Virus record (IMG/VR): IMGVR_UViG_3300020045_003719
Span: 1-34,438 of that record
Source of the DNA: a virus
Taxonomy: Duplodnaviria; Caudoviricetes
Direction: 5' to 3' (one strand)
DNA length: 34,438 bases
A model generated the notes under the pieces. It was not told where the DNA came from. It did not search any database and saw only the letters and a program-made list of their open reading frames with translations. Shown piece after piece: positions 9,119-18,479 of the stretch. The translations under genes were made by a program, and so were the position numbers. Position 1 is the stretch's first letter, and each line of letters begins with the position of its first letter.

Positions 9119-9183
9119 CCTACGAATAGGCTTGAAGGTTGTCAAAGTGAGATTGAGAGATTTTAACTTTGGTAACCTTCAAG
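9119..9183 (+). promoter_or_regulatory. Structured 5' leader of the capsid mRNA
   Basis: Hairpin CCTA-CGAA-TAGG abutting an 18-bp stem CTTGAAGGTTGTCAAAGT / ACTTTGGTAACCTTCAAG with two G-U pairs. Confidence 0.7.
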
Positions 9184-9236
9184 ACCGAAATACCTAAAAT
9201 CGAAACAATAAAAAATTAAAATCACAGGAGTCAAAT

Positions 9237-10088
9237 ATGAGCAGATACCTAAATGAAGTTGCCGTAACGCAATTTGACATGGAAACTAAGCACGAATACC
9301 AATCAATGGGTGTTCTAAGAGGTTGTTTTAGAACTAGAACAGGTGTAACTGGGGATAAAACTACATTTAACAATATGGGAAAAGGTAGAGCGCACAGAAG
9401 GGGATCACCGTCAGCTGATGTTGTACCAATGGGTGTTGGACATTCTTATGAAACTTGTAATCTTTTAGATTATGAAGCACCTGAGTACACAGATTTATTC
9501 GGGAAAAAAGAAGTTTTAATAGATGAAGTTTCTGAGTTAGCAACAACAACAAAAGGTGCAATCGGTAGATTGAGAGATCAAATCGCCATTGATGCGATGG
9601 TTGCTGCACCAATTGGTGATTTAATCAGTGGTGCTTTAGTTGGTAGTTCAGCTGCTGCTATGTCACTTGCAACGTTAATCACAATCAAAGAGTTATTTGA
9701 TAATGCTGAGATCCCAGACGGTGAGAGATATATTGCTATGACACCAAATGGTTACACAGGTTTATACAACGAAACTAAAGTTACATCATCAGATTACGCA
9801 TCGGTGAAAGCTTTACAACAAGGTACTCTTAATGAGTTTATGGGGTTCATGTTTAAGAGAATTGGTACAAATAGGGCTGAGGGTGGTTTACCGTTAATTT
9901 CGGCAGGTGTTCAATCAGCTTATGCGTGGGATAAAAAAGCGATTGGTGAAGCAATTGGATTAGAGGTTGAAACATCAGTAGAGTGGTCAGTTGACAAACA
10001 ATCATGGTTATCTATGGGTAAATTTAAAGGTGGTGCGTGTATTGCTGATCCTGATGGTTTATTAAGATTCCAATATAAAATCGTATAA
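9237..10088 (+). CDS. Major capsid protein
   Basis: V.QFD.E.KHEYQ, GAIGR.RDQ, IPDGERY, VTSSDY, FMGFMF, QSWL motifs typical of podovirus HK97-fold capsids; AGGAG RBS. Confidence 0.92.
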   Translation: MSRYLNEVAVTQFDMETKHEYQSMGVLRGCFRTRTGVTGDKTTFNNMGKGRAHRRGSPSADVVPMGVGHSYETCNLLDYEAPEYTDLFGKKEVLIDEVSELATTTKGAIGRLRDQIAIDAMVAAPIGDLISGALVGSSAAAMSLATLITIKELFDNAEIPDGERYIAMTPNGYTGLYNETKVTSSDYASVKALQQGTLNEFMGFMFKRIGTNRAEGGLPLISAGVQSAYAWDKKAIGEAIGLEVETSVEWSVDKQSWLSMGKFKGGACIADPDGLLRFQYKIV

Positions 10089-10098
10089 GGAGTGAATT

Positions 10099-10353
10099 AT
10101 GGCTTTTAATAGAAAATTTTTTTCAAACGCAAGTGTTACGGGTAATGATGTAAACCTTTTTACATATGGTATGAATGCAGCAATTGATGACACAGCTGAC
10201 ATGGCTGCATCAGGTTTCTTCAACGAGGCTGGTGATGTTCTTAAAAAAGGAAATATCATCATGGTTACTGATGGTGTTACACCTAACATTTTAGTGGTTA
10301 CAAGTGCCACTGGTGCATTACCTGTTACAACTACGGCTATGCCAATAGCTTAA
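10099..10353 (+). CDS. Small head-associated (putative decoration) protein
   Basis: Follows capsid, strong AAGGAG RBS, ASGFFN.A..VLKKG.II pattern. Confidence 0.6.
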   Translation: MAFNRKFFSNASVTGNDVNLFTYGMNAAIDDTADMAASGFFNEAGDVLKKGNIIMVTDGVTPNILVVTSATGALPVTTTAMPIA

Positions 10354-10409
10354 TATGGTTACTAAGCCCATTGATTTTTATTCAGTGGGCTTTACTAACT
10401 AATATTAAG
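10349..10409 (+). terminator. Long bulged hairpin (terminator/attenuator or RNase III-like site)
   Basis: Core stem AAGCCCATTGA (10364-10374) / TCAGTGGGCTT (10382-10392) plus outer stem CTTAATAT / ATATTAAG. Confidence 0.7.
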
Positions 10410-10419
10410 GATCTCTCAC

Positions 10420-11004
10420 ATGACAACAACAACATCAATAAGTATCGCATCTAATGCGTTATTACTCTTAGGACACAATCAAATAATATCATTTTCAGAC
10501 GCTGGTGCTGGTGGTACTGTTGCCTCAGCTTTTTATGAAACATCATACGTGGCACTTTTGACTTTGCATCCATGGTCGTTTGCTAAAAAGAAAAAAACAC
10601 TAAGTAAATTAACAGCAAAACCAATTAACAACTTTCAATATCAATATCAACTACCAACAGACTGTTTGCGTGTGTTAACTGTATTTCCTACAACGGATTA
10701 TGAGATCTTTGAAGACAAACTTTACACAGATGCAAGTTCTGTTGACTTAGATTACACATACAGAGTCCCTGAGTCGTTTTTACCACCATTGTATAGAGAA
10801 ACATTAGAATTTTATTTGGCGGCTAAATGGGCTATCCCTGTAACGGAAAACGCAACAAACGCAAGCGTTTACGAAAGTAAGTTTGAGGTGCTATTAAAAA
10901 AAGCTAAATTCAATGATAGTGCTGCAGCAACTTCAAAATCTGTTCGATCAGTTGGAACAAATCCACTACGAATAAGACAAGCTAGAAATTATAGGAGTTA
11001 CTAG
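10420..11004 (+). CDS. Tail tubular protein A (adaptor, T7 gp11-like)
   Basis: IASNALLLLG, HPWSFA, YQYQLPTDCLRV, LAAKWAIP; synteny. Confidence 0.85.
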   Translation: MTTTTSISIASNALLLLGHNQIISFSDAGAGGTVASAFYETSYVALLTLHPWSFAKKKKTLSKLTAKPINNFQYQYQLPTDCLRVLTVFPTTDYEIFEDKLYTDASSVDLDYTYRVPESFLPPLYRETLEFYLAAKWAIPVTENATNASVYESKFEVLLKKAKFNDSAAATSKSVRSVGTNPLRIRQARNYRSY

Positions 11005-12963
11005 ATGCCAAAATCAACGGTTGTTCAAACATCATTTAATAACGGTGTAATATCACCAACACTTGCAGGTAGGACTGATGTTGCAAAATATTACAACTCT
11101 TTAAAATTAGGTGATAATATTACATTAATGCCTCATGGGGGATTTAAGCGTAGAGCAGGGACACGACCTATTTTAAAAAGTGATGATTTTTCACTTGGTT
11201 ATGCAGCGCAAGAACTTTATTTTTCAGGAAAGGTACGACTGGAAAAATTTGTTTTTAATATAGATCAAAAGTATTTAATTGTTTTTGAAACAAATAAAAT
11301 CACAATTATCAAAGGTATGTTATTCCTTGTTTCAATAGTACCTACGACACCGTTCACAGAGAGTCAATTGACTGAATTGGACGTAACACAATACGCGGAT
11401 ACTCTAATTATTGTACATCCTGATTTTGCACCGCTAAAACTTGTTAGGGGTACGACGGAATTGTTGTGGACTCTTGATCCAATTACTTTTAAAAATATTC
11501 CGTTATATGATTACACAAAGAGTGTTGTTGGAACTCAGGAATTTTTCACAGGTAATGGTAGTGATCGAGATTATGTGTTGATTTATTCAAAAGCCCCTTT
11601 TTCTGTTTATGTAAATGGAGTTAAGCAACATTTAACTACAAACTATACATACAACAAAAGTGCAAGGATAATCACCCTCACAGTTGCACCTGCAAACGGC
11701 ATTGAAATCGAGGTACGTTCAGGATCTAGTTTGACAATCCAAGACGGAGCTGATAACTATGAGCCTATTTGGAGCAGTACAAGAGGTTATCCACAAACAG
11801 TTACATTATACCAAGGACGAATGTTTTTTGGTGGTACAAGAAGTAAACCAATTACAGTCTTAGGTTCTGTTGTAAATGATGAATTTAACTTTTTATTGGG
11901 TGATGGTGGGGATGATTTGGGAATTTTTGACACAATAAGATCAGGTACATTCGACAGCATCACAAACATTGTAAGTGGGCGAACGTTACAACTTTTTACA
12001 GAGTCAGGCGATTACTATAATCCAGCAAATCCGATAACACCTGCTACAAGTGGTTATCAAAGACAAACATCATACGGTGCAAAGAGAATTTCAACGGTTG
12101 AAATTGACGGGGCTACTTATTACGTTGACAGATCTGGAAATGCAGTAAGAAAGTTTATTTTTAGTTTTGATGAAGATGCATACGTGTCGCCAAATATTGC
12201 ATTGTTAGCAAATCATTTGGTAAAAGAAGTAGTGAAAATGGCAAGCGCCACTGGTGTTGGTGATGATGTTGCAAATCTTGTTTTCTGTGTGAATGGTGAT
12301 GGTACAATGGCTGTTCTGAATACATTACGTCTTGAAGATGTACAGGGTTGGTCAACATGGTCAACAGCTGGAAGTTATAAAGATGTTTCCGTTGTTGACC
12401 AAGACATTTATGTACTTGTTGATCGTGGTGGGAAACAGTTTATTGAGTTAGTTGATGAATCTGCATTAATGGATCATCAAACAGAGATTGACAACTCAGA
12501 CACTTTTATAAAACTTCCAACATCGGCAGCTGTTGATTTCAGTGAATTGGCAAAACGTGGTGATAACTTTTATGATGGTATCGCCACGCTTTACGTAGAC
12601 GGTTTATTTTTAAAAGCCAATTTTCCAAGCACACACAATAAAAAGGAAATTGGTTTTAACTTTATTGTGACAGCTGAAACAATGAACATTAATCGTGATA
12701 CAACACAAGGTTCACTGATAAATGTTAGAAAAAGACTTGTTCGTGTTAAGTTAGTTGTGTATAATACACTTGGAATAACTGTTGAAAACAATCGTATTGT
12801 CGATCGTCAATTTATTATGGATTTTAGCGATCAGTTAAAGCCATTTTCAGGTATTAGAGAGGTTTTTTTATTAGGGTACTCAGATAATAACTCAATAAGA
12901 ATAACACAAACGTTACCTATGCCGTTCACGTTGTTACAATTAGATATAGAAATAAAATATTAA
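11005..12963 (+). CDS. Tail tubular protein B (nozzle, T7 gp12-like)
   Basis: QTSFNNGVISP.L.GR.D, PHGG.KRR.G, WS..RGYP..V..YQGR..FGG, GWS.W; synteny. Confidence 0.88.
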   Translation: MPKSTVVQTSFNNGVISPTLAGRTDVAKYYNSLKLGDNITLMPHGGFKRRAGTRPILKSDDFSLGYAAQELYFSGKVRLEKFVFNIDQKYLIVFETNKITIIKGMLFLVSIVPTTPFTESQLTELDVTQYADTLIIVHPDFAPLKLVRGTTELLWTLDPITFKNIPLYDYTKSVVGTQEFFTGNGSDRDYVLIYSKAPFSVYVNGVKQHLTTNYTYNKSARIITLTVAPANGIEIEVRSGSSLTIQDGADNYEPIWSSTRGYPQTVTLYQGRMFFGGTRSKPITVLGSVVNDEFNFLLGDGGDDLGIFDTIRSGTFDSITNIVSGRTLQLFTESGDYYNPANPITPATSGYQRQTSYGAKRISTVEIDGATYYVDRSGNAVRKFIFSFDEDAYVSPNIALLANHLVKEVVKMASATGVGDDVANLVFCVNGDGTMAVLNTLRLEDVQGWSTWSTAGSYKDVSVVDQDIYVLVDRGGKQFIELVDESALMDHQTEIDNSDTFIKLPTSAAVDFSELAKRGDNFYDGIATLYVDGLFLKANFPSTHNKKEIGFNFIVTAETMNINRDTTQGSLINVRKRLVRVKLVVYNTLGITVENNRIVDRQFIMDFSDQLKPFSGIREVFLLGYSDNNSIRITQTLPMPFTLLQLDIEIKY

Positions 12964-12974
12964 GGGGTTTATAA

Positions 12975-13541
12975 ATGGCTGGTGAAACTAATAATTATCA
13001 ATGGTATGGCTTGATTGGTCAGGGTTTATCAGGAGCTGCATCTAATTATACGGCAGGTTCACTTGAAAAAACATCTTCACAATTGGCAGCTGCAGGTTTA
13101 AATATGAGCGCTGGGGGATATGACACCCAGTCAAACGCATTAAATTTACAAGCTGAAATGGAACGAATAAACGCAGACGCAATGTCAGCTCAACGATTGG
13201 TTGAAGCGAACAACGTAGCTGCAAGAAACACAGTGACTAATATCGCTATGGGAAAAACTGGCGAAGGTTCAGCTGATATAATTGCAAGGGCAAACGATAT
13301 TAATGCAGAGGCTGATGTTGGAAGAATTCAAAGAAGTGGTGAGATAAAATCAATTCAAGCAAAACTGGGAGCAATTGGGGCGAAGAAAAACGCAAGCGCT
13401 GCGAGAAGTTCCGCAAGGGCGAACGAGATTGCAGGGAAAGCCGCATATAAAATGGGCATTTATTCAAGTATTGGAAGTCTGAGTCAGGTAGCTCTTGCAG
13501 GTTCTCAATTACAATCATCAACACCAGCAAGTAAAGGTTAA
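12975..13541 (+). CDS. Internal virion (ejection) protein, small
   Basis: Gly/Ala-rich helical protein directly after the nozzle gene. Confidence 0.65.
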   Translation: MAGETNNYQWYGLIGQGLSGAASNYTAGSLEKTSSQLAAAGLNMSAGGYDTQSNALNLQAEMERINADAMSAQRLVEANNVAARNTVTNIAMGKTGEGSADIIARANDINAEADVGRIQRSGEIKSIQAKLGAIGAKKNASAARSSARANEIAGKAAYKMGIYSSIGSLSQVALAGSQLQSSTPASKG

Positions 13542-13543
13542 TT

Positions 13544-15544
13544 ATGGCATTAGAACGAAAAGGGCAGGAAGTAAATCAGATACAAGGTGACGTTAGTGGT
13601 TCAATGGAAAATGCAAGAGCCACAATTAATGTTGGTAGTGAAATTGCGAACCAAGGTCAAATGATTAAAAAAACTGGTGCCATGGGTTTAACACTACTTG
13701 ACAAATTAAATTCATTCAGTGGAAGTGTCTTGGCAATCGGAACGGCTCAACAAGTGGCTGGTGCAAAAGACACAGCACTTGACGATGTGATGAGTGGTGC
13801 ATATGTACCGAGAAATGATCAGTCACCTTACGCAGAGGCTTATAATAAAATAGGTAATGAAGCATATGTGGCTACAGCAAAAGATAGACTCAACAAAACC
13901 ACACTTGCCAACTATGAAAAGTACAACGGTGATCCTGAAAAATTTTTATTGGAAAATGCAAAATCAACACACGATGAAATAATAAAAGCACCAAGTAAAG
14001 ATTTGCAATTTATACTAAGTCAAAGCGCTGAGTCAACAACATCTGCATTTACTAAGAACTTAACTGATGCACGTATTGATCTAAACATTAAGCGTGAAAC
14101 AATTGGTATAAAAAACAATATAGCTGCAAACACTGGAATTTTGATTTCTCAAATGGGAAAAGGTATGGATCCTAAAGACTCTATCGAAAAGATCAGAGCC
14201 GCATATCAAGTGCTAGAAGCAAAAGGATTGAGTGATCCACAAGGAACAGATCAGGCAATTGTTGAAATTGTTAAAAAAGGGCAACGAGAATTTTATCTAA
14301 ATACTGCGTCAAGTATGCAGATTGATGGTGCAAAAAATTATTTGAAGTCAATTGAGTTTGATGACGCATACACAGCGGATGAAAAAGTTGAAATCAGAAA
14401 CAGCATTAAGTCTGAAATCAACAGCCGTGAAATTGCAAAGAGTGAAAGTGAGTTGACACAAGTTAAACTCAACAATGAATTAGTACAAGAGAATATCAAA
14501 ATATTAGAGAGTGGGACGGCACCATCAGAACCACTTAATCCAAATATGACGGTTTCACCTAAGTTAAGAAAAGATTACGCAATTGCTGCAAACAATTATA
14601 ACTCATTAATTGATATGAAAAGCAAACCAATTGCAGAACAAGCTGAAATGATAAACGCAATAGATACCTCAACAGTTGAGGGTTTAGAACAAAAACAATA
14701 TTTAGAAAAGCAGCATAAAAAGTTTGCACTTGGTAATTTGATGGAAACTGCGCAAGATTTTAAGATGATTGATAATACGTTTGTTAACGCAAGTACTGAC
14801 ATAATTGGATTAAAAAAAAGGGAAATGTATCAAGATGCTCTGACTGAGAAATATGGGAAACAAGCTGAGTATCTGACACCGTCTGAACAGGATAACATGA
14901 AAACATGGTATGCCACGTCAAGTGTTGCTGATAAATTGACTTTCTTAAATAATGTAAAAGAGTTGAAAAACTCTGGAAAAGTATTAAGTGAAATAAGCAA
15001 AAACACATCAGGTGTACTTGCGTTTTCTGGTGAGCTATTAGATACAAAAAATGTCGCTGTTGCTCAATTGGTGTTAACTGGTGACCAGCTTGACAATGAA
15101 GCACCACCGAAACTGAAAAATGAAGTATCAATGTCATTGGGTGATATTATTGGACGAGCTAGTGCAAATGATTTTAATGCGTATCAGAGCGCCGCAGTCA
15201 ACTACGCTAAGGCGAAACTAGCATCTGGTATTGTTGTGTCACCTCAGGAAGCTATCGAGGCTACAAGTGGGGAAATTGCTACATACAATGGACGAAAAAT
15301 ATTCCTTCCTATGAATGTTAGTAAAGACAATTTTGATAATTATTTGAAAACATACACAAATAAGAACGAATCATTACAGAATGATATTCGAGGTTTAGCC
15401 AACTTCTTTGATGGTTCAGTACAGTTACATTATGTAGGGCGTGGAAAGTATCAAGTGTATTATCCGAACTTAGGATCATACGTTTCAGAGAAAGATGCAA
15501 ACGGAAAATTAAGACCTGTGGAGTTGAATTATGGAAGTAAATAA
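13544..15544 (+). CDS. Internal virion (ejection) protein
   Basis: 666-aa predominantly helical protein in the ejection-protein position. Confidence 0.65.
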   Translation: MALERKGQEVNQIQGDVSGSMENARATINVGSEIANQGQMIKKTGAMGLTLLDKLNSFSGSVLAIGTAQQVAGAKDTALDDVMSGAYVPRNDQSPYAEAYNKIGNEAYVATAKDRLNKTTLANYEKYNGDPEKFLLENAKSTHDEIIKAPSKDLQFILSQSAESTTSAFTKNLTDARIDLNIKRETIGIKNNIAANTGILISQMGKGMDPKDSIEKIRAAYQVLEAKGLSDPQGTDQAIVEIVKKGQREFYLNTASSMQIDGAKNYLKSIEFDDAYTADEKVEIRNSIKSEINSREIAKSESELTQVKLNNELVQENIKILESGTAPSEPLNPNMTVSPKLRKDYAIAANNYNSLIDMKSKPIAEQAEMINAIDTSTVEGLEQKQYLEKQHKKFALGNLMETAQDFKMIDNTFVNASTDIIGLKKREMYQDALTEKYGKQAEYLTPSEQDNMKTWYATSSVADKLTFLNNVKELKNSGKVLSEISKNTSGVLAFSGELLDTKNVAVAQLVLTGDQLDNEAPPKLKNEVSMSLGDIIGRASANDFNAYQSAAVNYAKAKLASGIVVSPQEAIEATSGEIATYNGRKIFLPMNVSKDNFDNYLKTYTNKNESLQNDIRGLANFFDGSVQLHYVGRGKYQVYYPNLGSYVSEKDANGKLRPVELNYGSK

Positions 15545-18479
15545 CGAATTAATCCCACTGGTTGATGTGGATGAACTTGACGCAAAACGTAACGAATTTA
15601 GCGTTGACACACTTCAAAGTGGTTTCAATAGAACAGTTGAAACAGGACTTGGTAGAAGTTACGATCATGTGGACAGATTGGCTAACGATGAAATCATCAA
15701 AAACCTTCCAGACTATAGCGAAAACAAAGAGGTATATGACTCATATCTTGACTTATTACCTGAGCAAAAAGACGTTTATAGATCAGCAATTGAAAAAGGG
15801 GCTTATACAATAGGTTCTGATGGTGAGGTTGTTGGTGCGGATGGTATCACAATGATGGGGCGATTGTTAACCAAGAAGGGTGGATTTTTCAAAGAGGACG
15901 CATTAAAAGGAATTATTCTTGCAAATGCTCAGGGCGTTACACAAACAACACTTGATGATAAATTCAAAGAAATTCATACAAACAATATTAAAAAATATCA
16001 GAACCAAACATTCACAACAGCTGGTGCTGCTGCTGATATGATTGGTTCACTTGGTGCCTATTTCACAGAACCCGAAATTGCACTGGAAATTTTTGGTGTA
16101 CCTAGTAGAATATTTGGTAAAACAATTGTCGGAAATGCAGCGAAAGCTTTTGGTTATGAAGCAGGTGTTGCGTCAGTTTCAGAGGCTATAAGACAGTTTA
16201 AACCAACTGGGATCATGGCATTAAACAAACGAGCAAAAGTTGATTATACCCTTGCCGATGGTGGTATGCAGGTTTTGGTTAATGCAGGTTTTGCAGGTAC
16301 ACTTCGAGGACTTGGTAGTGGCGTTCAAGACACAGTTCTTTTGAATACTATTAAAGCAAGAACACCTGATGCTGATGCTTATGCAGTATTTTCAAGATGG
16401 AATGAACGGCAACTGTCTAAAACAATTATAAATCAAAATGTATATGATATTTCAATGAGAACATTATCAGAAGAATTGAATAAAAATAAAATGCCAGAAA
16501 TTGAAACTGACATTAACATCATGGAAAGAGCTAGTCCCGATATTCAATCAGTAAACATTCAAGAAGAAGCTAGACTGCAACGAAGCGAAATGGGTTATAA
16601 CAACTTCGCAAAAGCATTCGACAAAGAATTTGACGCAATACCAACAACACCCGTTGAATTCAAATTTGAAGATGATCTAGTTGATAGTTTTGATAAGTTA
16701 GATCCTGAAATAATGAATCACCCTGAGGTACAACAGCTAAAAAAAGAACTGGACGCTTTTGACACAACTCCTGAAACAATACCACCGTATAAACTTGAAG
16801 AAGTTGAGGGGATTTTAAAGTATTCACCGCAAGGAAAAATATTAATATCTGATGTAATTCAGTTGGAAAAAGGAACTAATATACAAGGGGTTAGGTCTGC
16901 AATTGAAAGAACTCAACAAGGAAAAGCTACTACAAGAGATACTGAGATTGTTGATGCTGTTGATAACTACATGAGAAATGAAGGATTTAAACACATCACT
17001 CCTGAGGAACTTCCAAAAGATTTGATTGATGAAGGATACAGTCTAAACGCAGCAGGTGAGTTTCTTGATCCAACTGGAAAAGTATTGTTTGCAAAAGGTG
17101 GTGACAATGTTCTGGCAGGTGGTATTGCTGCCATTGGTGAAGATGAAGAAGGAAACATCACATTTGATCCTGCAAAGTTTCTAGCTGGTGCATTAGGTTT
17201 ACAAGTTGCTAAAAAGTTTGCACCGAAATTGTTTGAGATAGGTGATAAAAATAGAATCGGTATGTTTGTGGGTTCATCACCTTTTGATGTTGGTGCATTT
17301 AGTGATGTTGCCACAAAAAAGATTATGAGAGAAATTGACGATAGTAATGCCAAAATAGTACCTGATGTGTTGGATGAAATATACGAAGGAAGAAACATAA
17401 ACAAACCTACGATTAAAGAAGGTGATTATAAATCTTATGATTTGTCTGATGTTTTTGAACACAATGAGCTTTATAAGCAATACCCTGAACTGAAAGAAAT
17501 TCCATTAATTATAGAAAACAATCCATTGGAAAAGTATGGAGGAAGCTGGAACGGAAGTTATATTTCAGTAAACATAGCTAATAAAAAAGGTATGCCGAAA
17601 GACGTCTTACTTCACGAAATTCAACACGCAATTCAACAGGAAGAAGGTTGGGCGAGAGGCGGGAGTGTTGAAGGTGCTGTGGATAATGTTAAAGAACAAA
17701 GAAAATTGGCGCTTGAAAAAATGAACATAGAACGAAAAAAGTTTTTTAATTCAGATGGGGAACTGATCGCAGACTTTGAGGAGTTTAATAAATTTGAAGT
17801 TGCAAGAGAGAAATTGATGAGTAAGAGTGTTTCAAATGAAGATGCTGTGAATGCGTATAAATCTTTATGGGGTGAACAACAAGCAAGATCGACACAACAA
17901 AGAATGAAATATACTCCTGAACAAAGACAGAAAGAAGACTGGACGAAGACGCTTGAAAAAAACGAGGGTAAATACAATGAGCCAATAATAAAATATCGTA
18001 ATGGAAAAAACGATAGTACTGATAGTGTTTCATATAAAACTTCAAAAAATACAGATAATCAAATTGTTAATATAAAACCATCAGCAAAAACTTTTTCAGG
18101 TGAAATAACGCTACTTAAAAACAAAGAAAAAGCCCCAAATATGGGTAGCAAATACGGTCAAGATGTAGAACCTAGCGGATATTTTGCAATACAAAAAGAG
18201 TCTAATCGTTTAGACAATAACCCTAACTATGAAACAGTAACTGCAAACATCATCAAGCCTCTAATCATTGATGTTACAAATGATTTAACACAATGGAAAC
18301 GTGATCTTTCGTCTGAGTACAAACTAAAAGGAAAAGCTTTATCAAAAAGGTTGATAAAAGATGGCTATGACGCAATTATAACAACTGATAAAAACGGTGA
18401 GTTAGGTGAAATCATAATACTAAATCCTGAGAAAACATTAAAAAACGATATAATTAAGCAAAATAATAAGGATAAATAA
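15531..18479 (+). CDS. Internal virion protein / polyvalent protein with LPD23-like HExxH peptidase region and C-terminal ART-like domain
   Basis: REIDDS, L.DV..H.ELYKQYPEL, LLHEIQHAIQ..EGWARGGS, Y..L.GE..AR; C-terminal KPLIID...L.KDGYDAII...EIIILNP. Confidence 0.75.
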   Translation: MEVNNELIPLVDVDELDAKRNEFSVDTLQSGFNRTVETGLGRSYDHVDRLANDEIIKNLPDYSENKEVYDSYLDLLPEQKDVYRSAIEKGAYTIGSDGEVVGADGITMMGRLLTKKGGFFKEDALKGIILANAQGVTQTTLDDKFKEIHTNNIKKYQNQTFTTAGAAADMIGSLGAYFTEPEIALEIFGVPSRIFGKTIVGNAAKAFGYEAGVASVSEAIRQFKPTGIMALNKRAKVDYTLADGGMQVLVNAGFAGTLRGLGSGVQDTVLLNTIKARTPDADAYAVFSRWNERQLSKTIINQNVYDISMRTLSEELNKNKMPEIETDINIMERASPDIQSVNIQEEARLQRSEMGYNNFAKAFDKEFDAIPTTPVEFKFEDDLVDSFDKLDPEIMNHPEVQQLKKELDAFDTTPETIPPYKLEEVEGILKYSPQGKILISDVIQLEKGTNIQGVRSAIERTQQGKATTRDTEIVDAVDNYMRNEGFKHITPEELPKDLIDEGYSLNAAGEFLDPTGKVLFAKGGDNVLAGGIAAIGEDEEGNITFDPAKFLAGALGLQVAKKFAPKLFEIGDKNRIGMFVGSSPFDVGAFSDVATKKIMREIDDSNAKIVPDVLDEIYEGRNINKPTIKEGDYKSYDLSDVFEHNELYKQYPELKEIPLIIENNPLEKYGGSWNGSYISVNIANKKGMPKDVLLHEIQHAIQQEEGWARGGSVEGAVDNVKEQRKLALEKMNIERKKFFNSDGELIADFEEFNKFEVAREKLMSKSVSNEDAVNAYKSLWGEQQARSTQQRMKYTPEQRQKEDWTKTLEKNEGKYNEPIIKYRNGKNDSTDSVSYKTSKNTDNQIVNIKPSAKTFSGEITLLKNKEKAPNMGSKYGQDVEPSGYFAIQKESNRLDNNPNYETVTANIIKPLIIDVTNDLTQWKRDLSSEYKLKGKALSKRLIKDGYDAIITTDKNGELGEIIILNPEKTLKNDIIKQNNKDK

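Noticed and set aside
10060-10110. T7 10A/10B-style frameshift fusing the capsid to the next gene
   Set aside because: No slippery heptamer, and the downstream frame has a TGA at 10093-10095 just before its ATG
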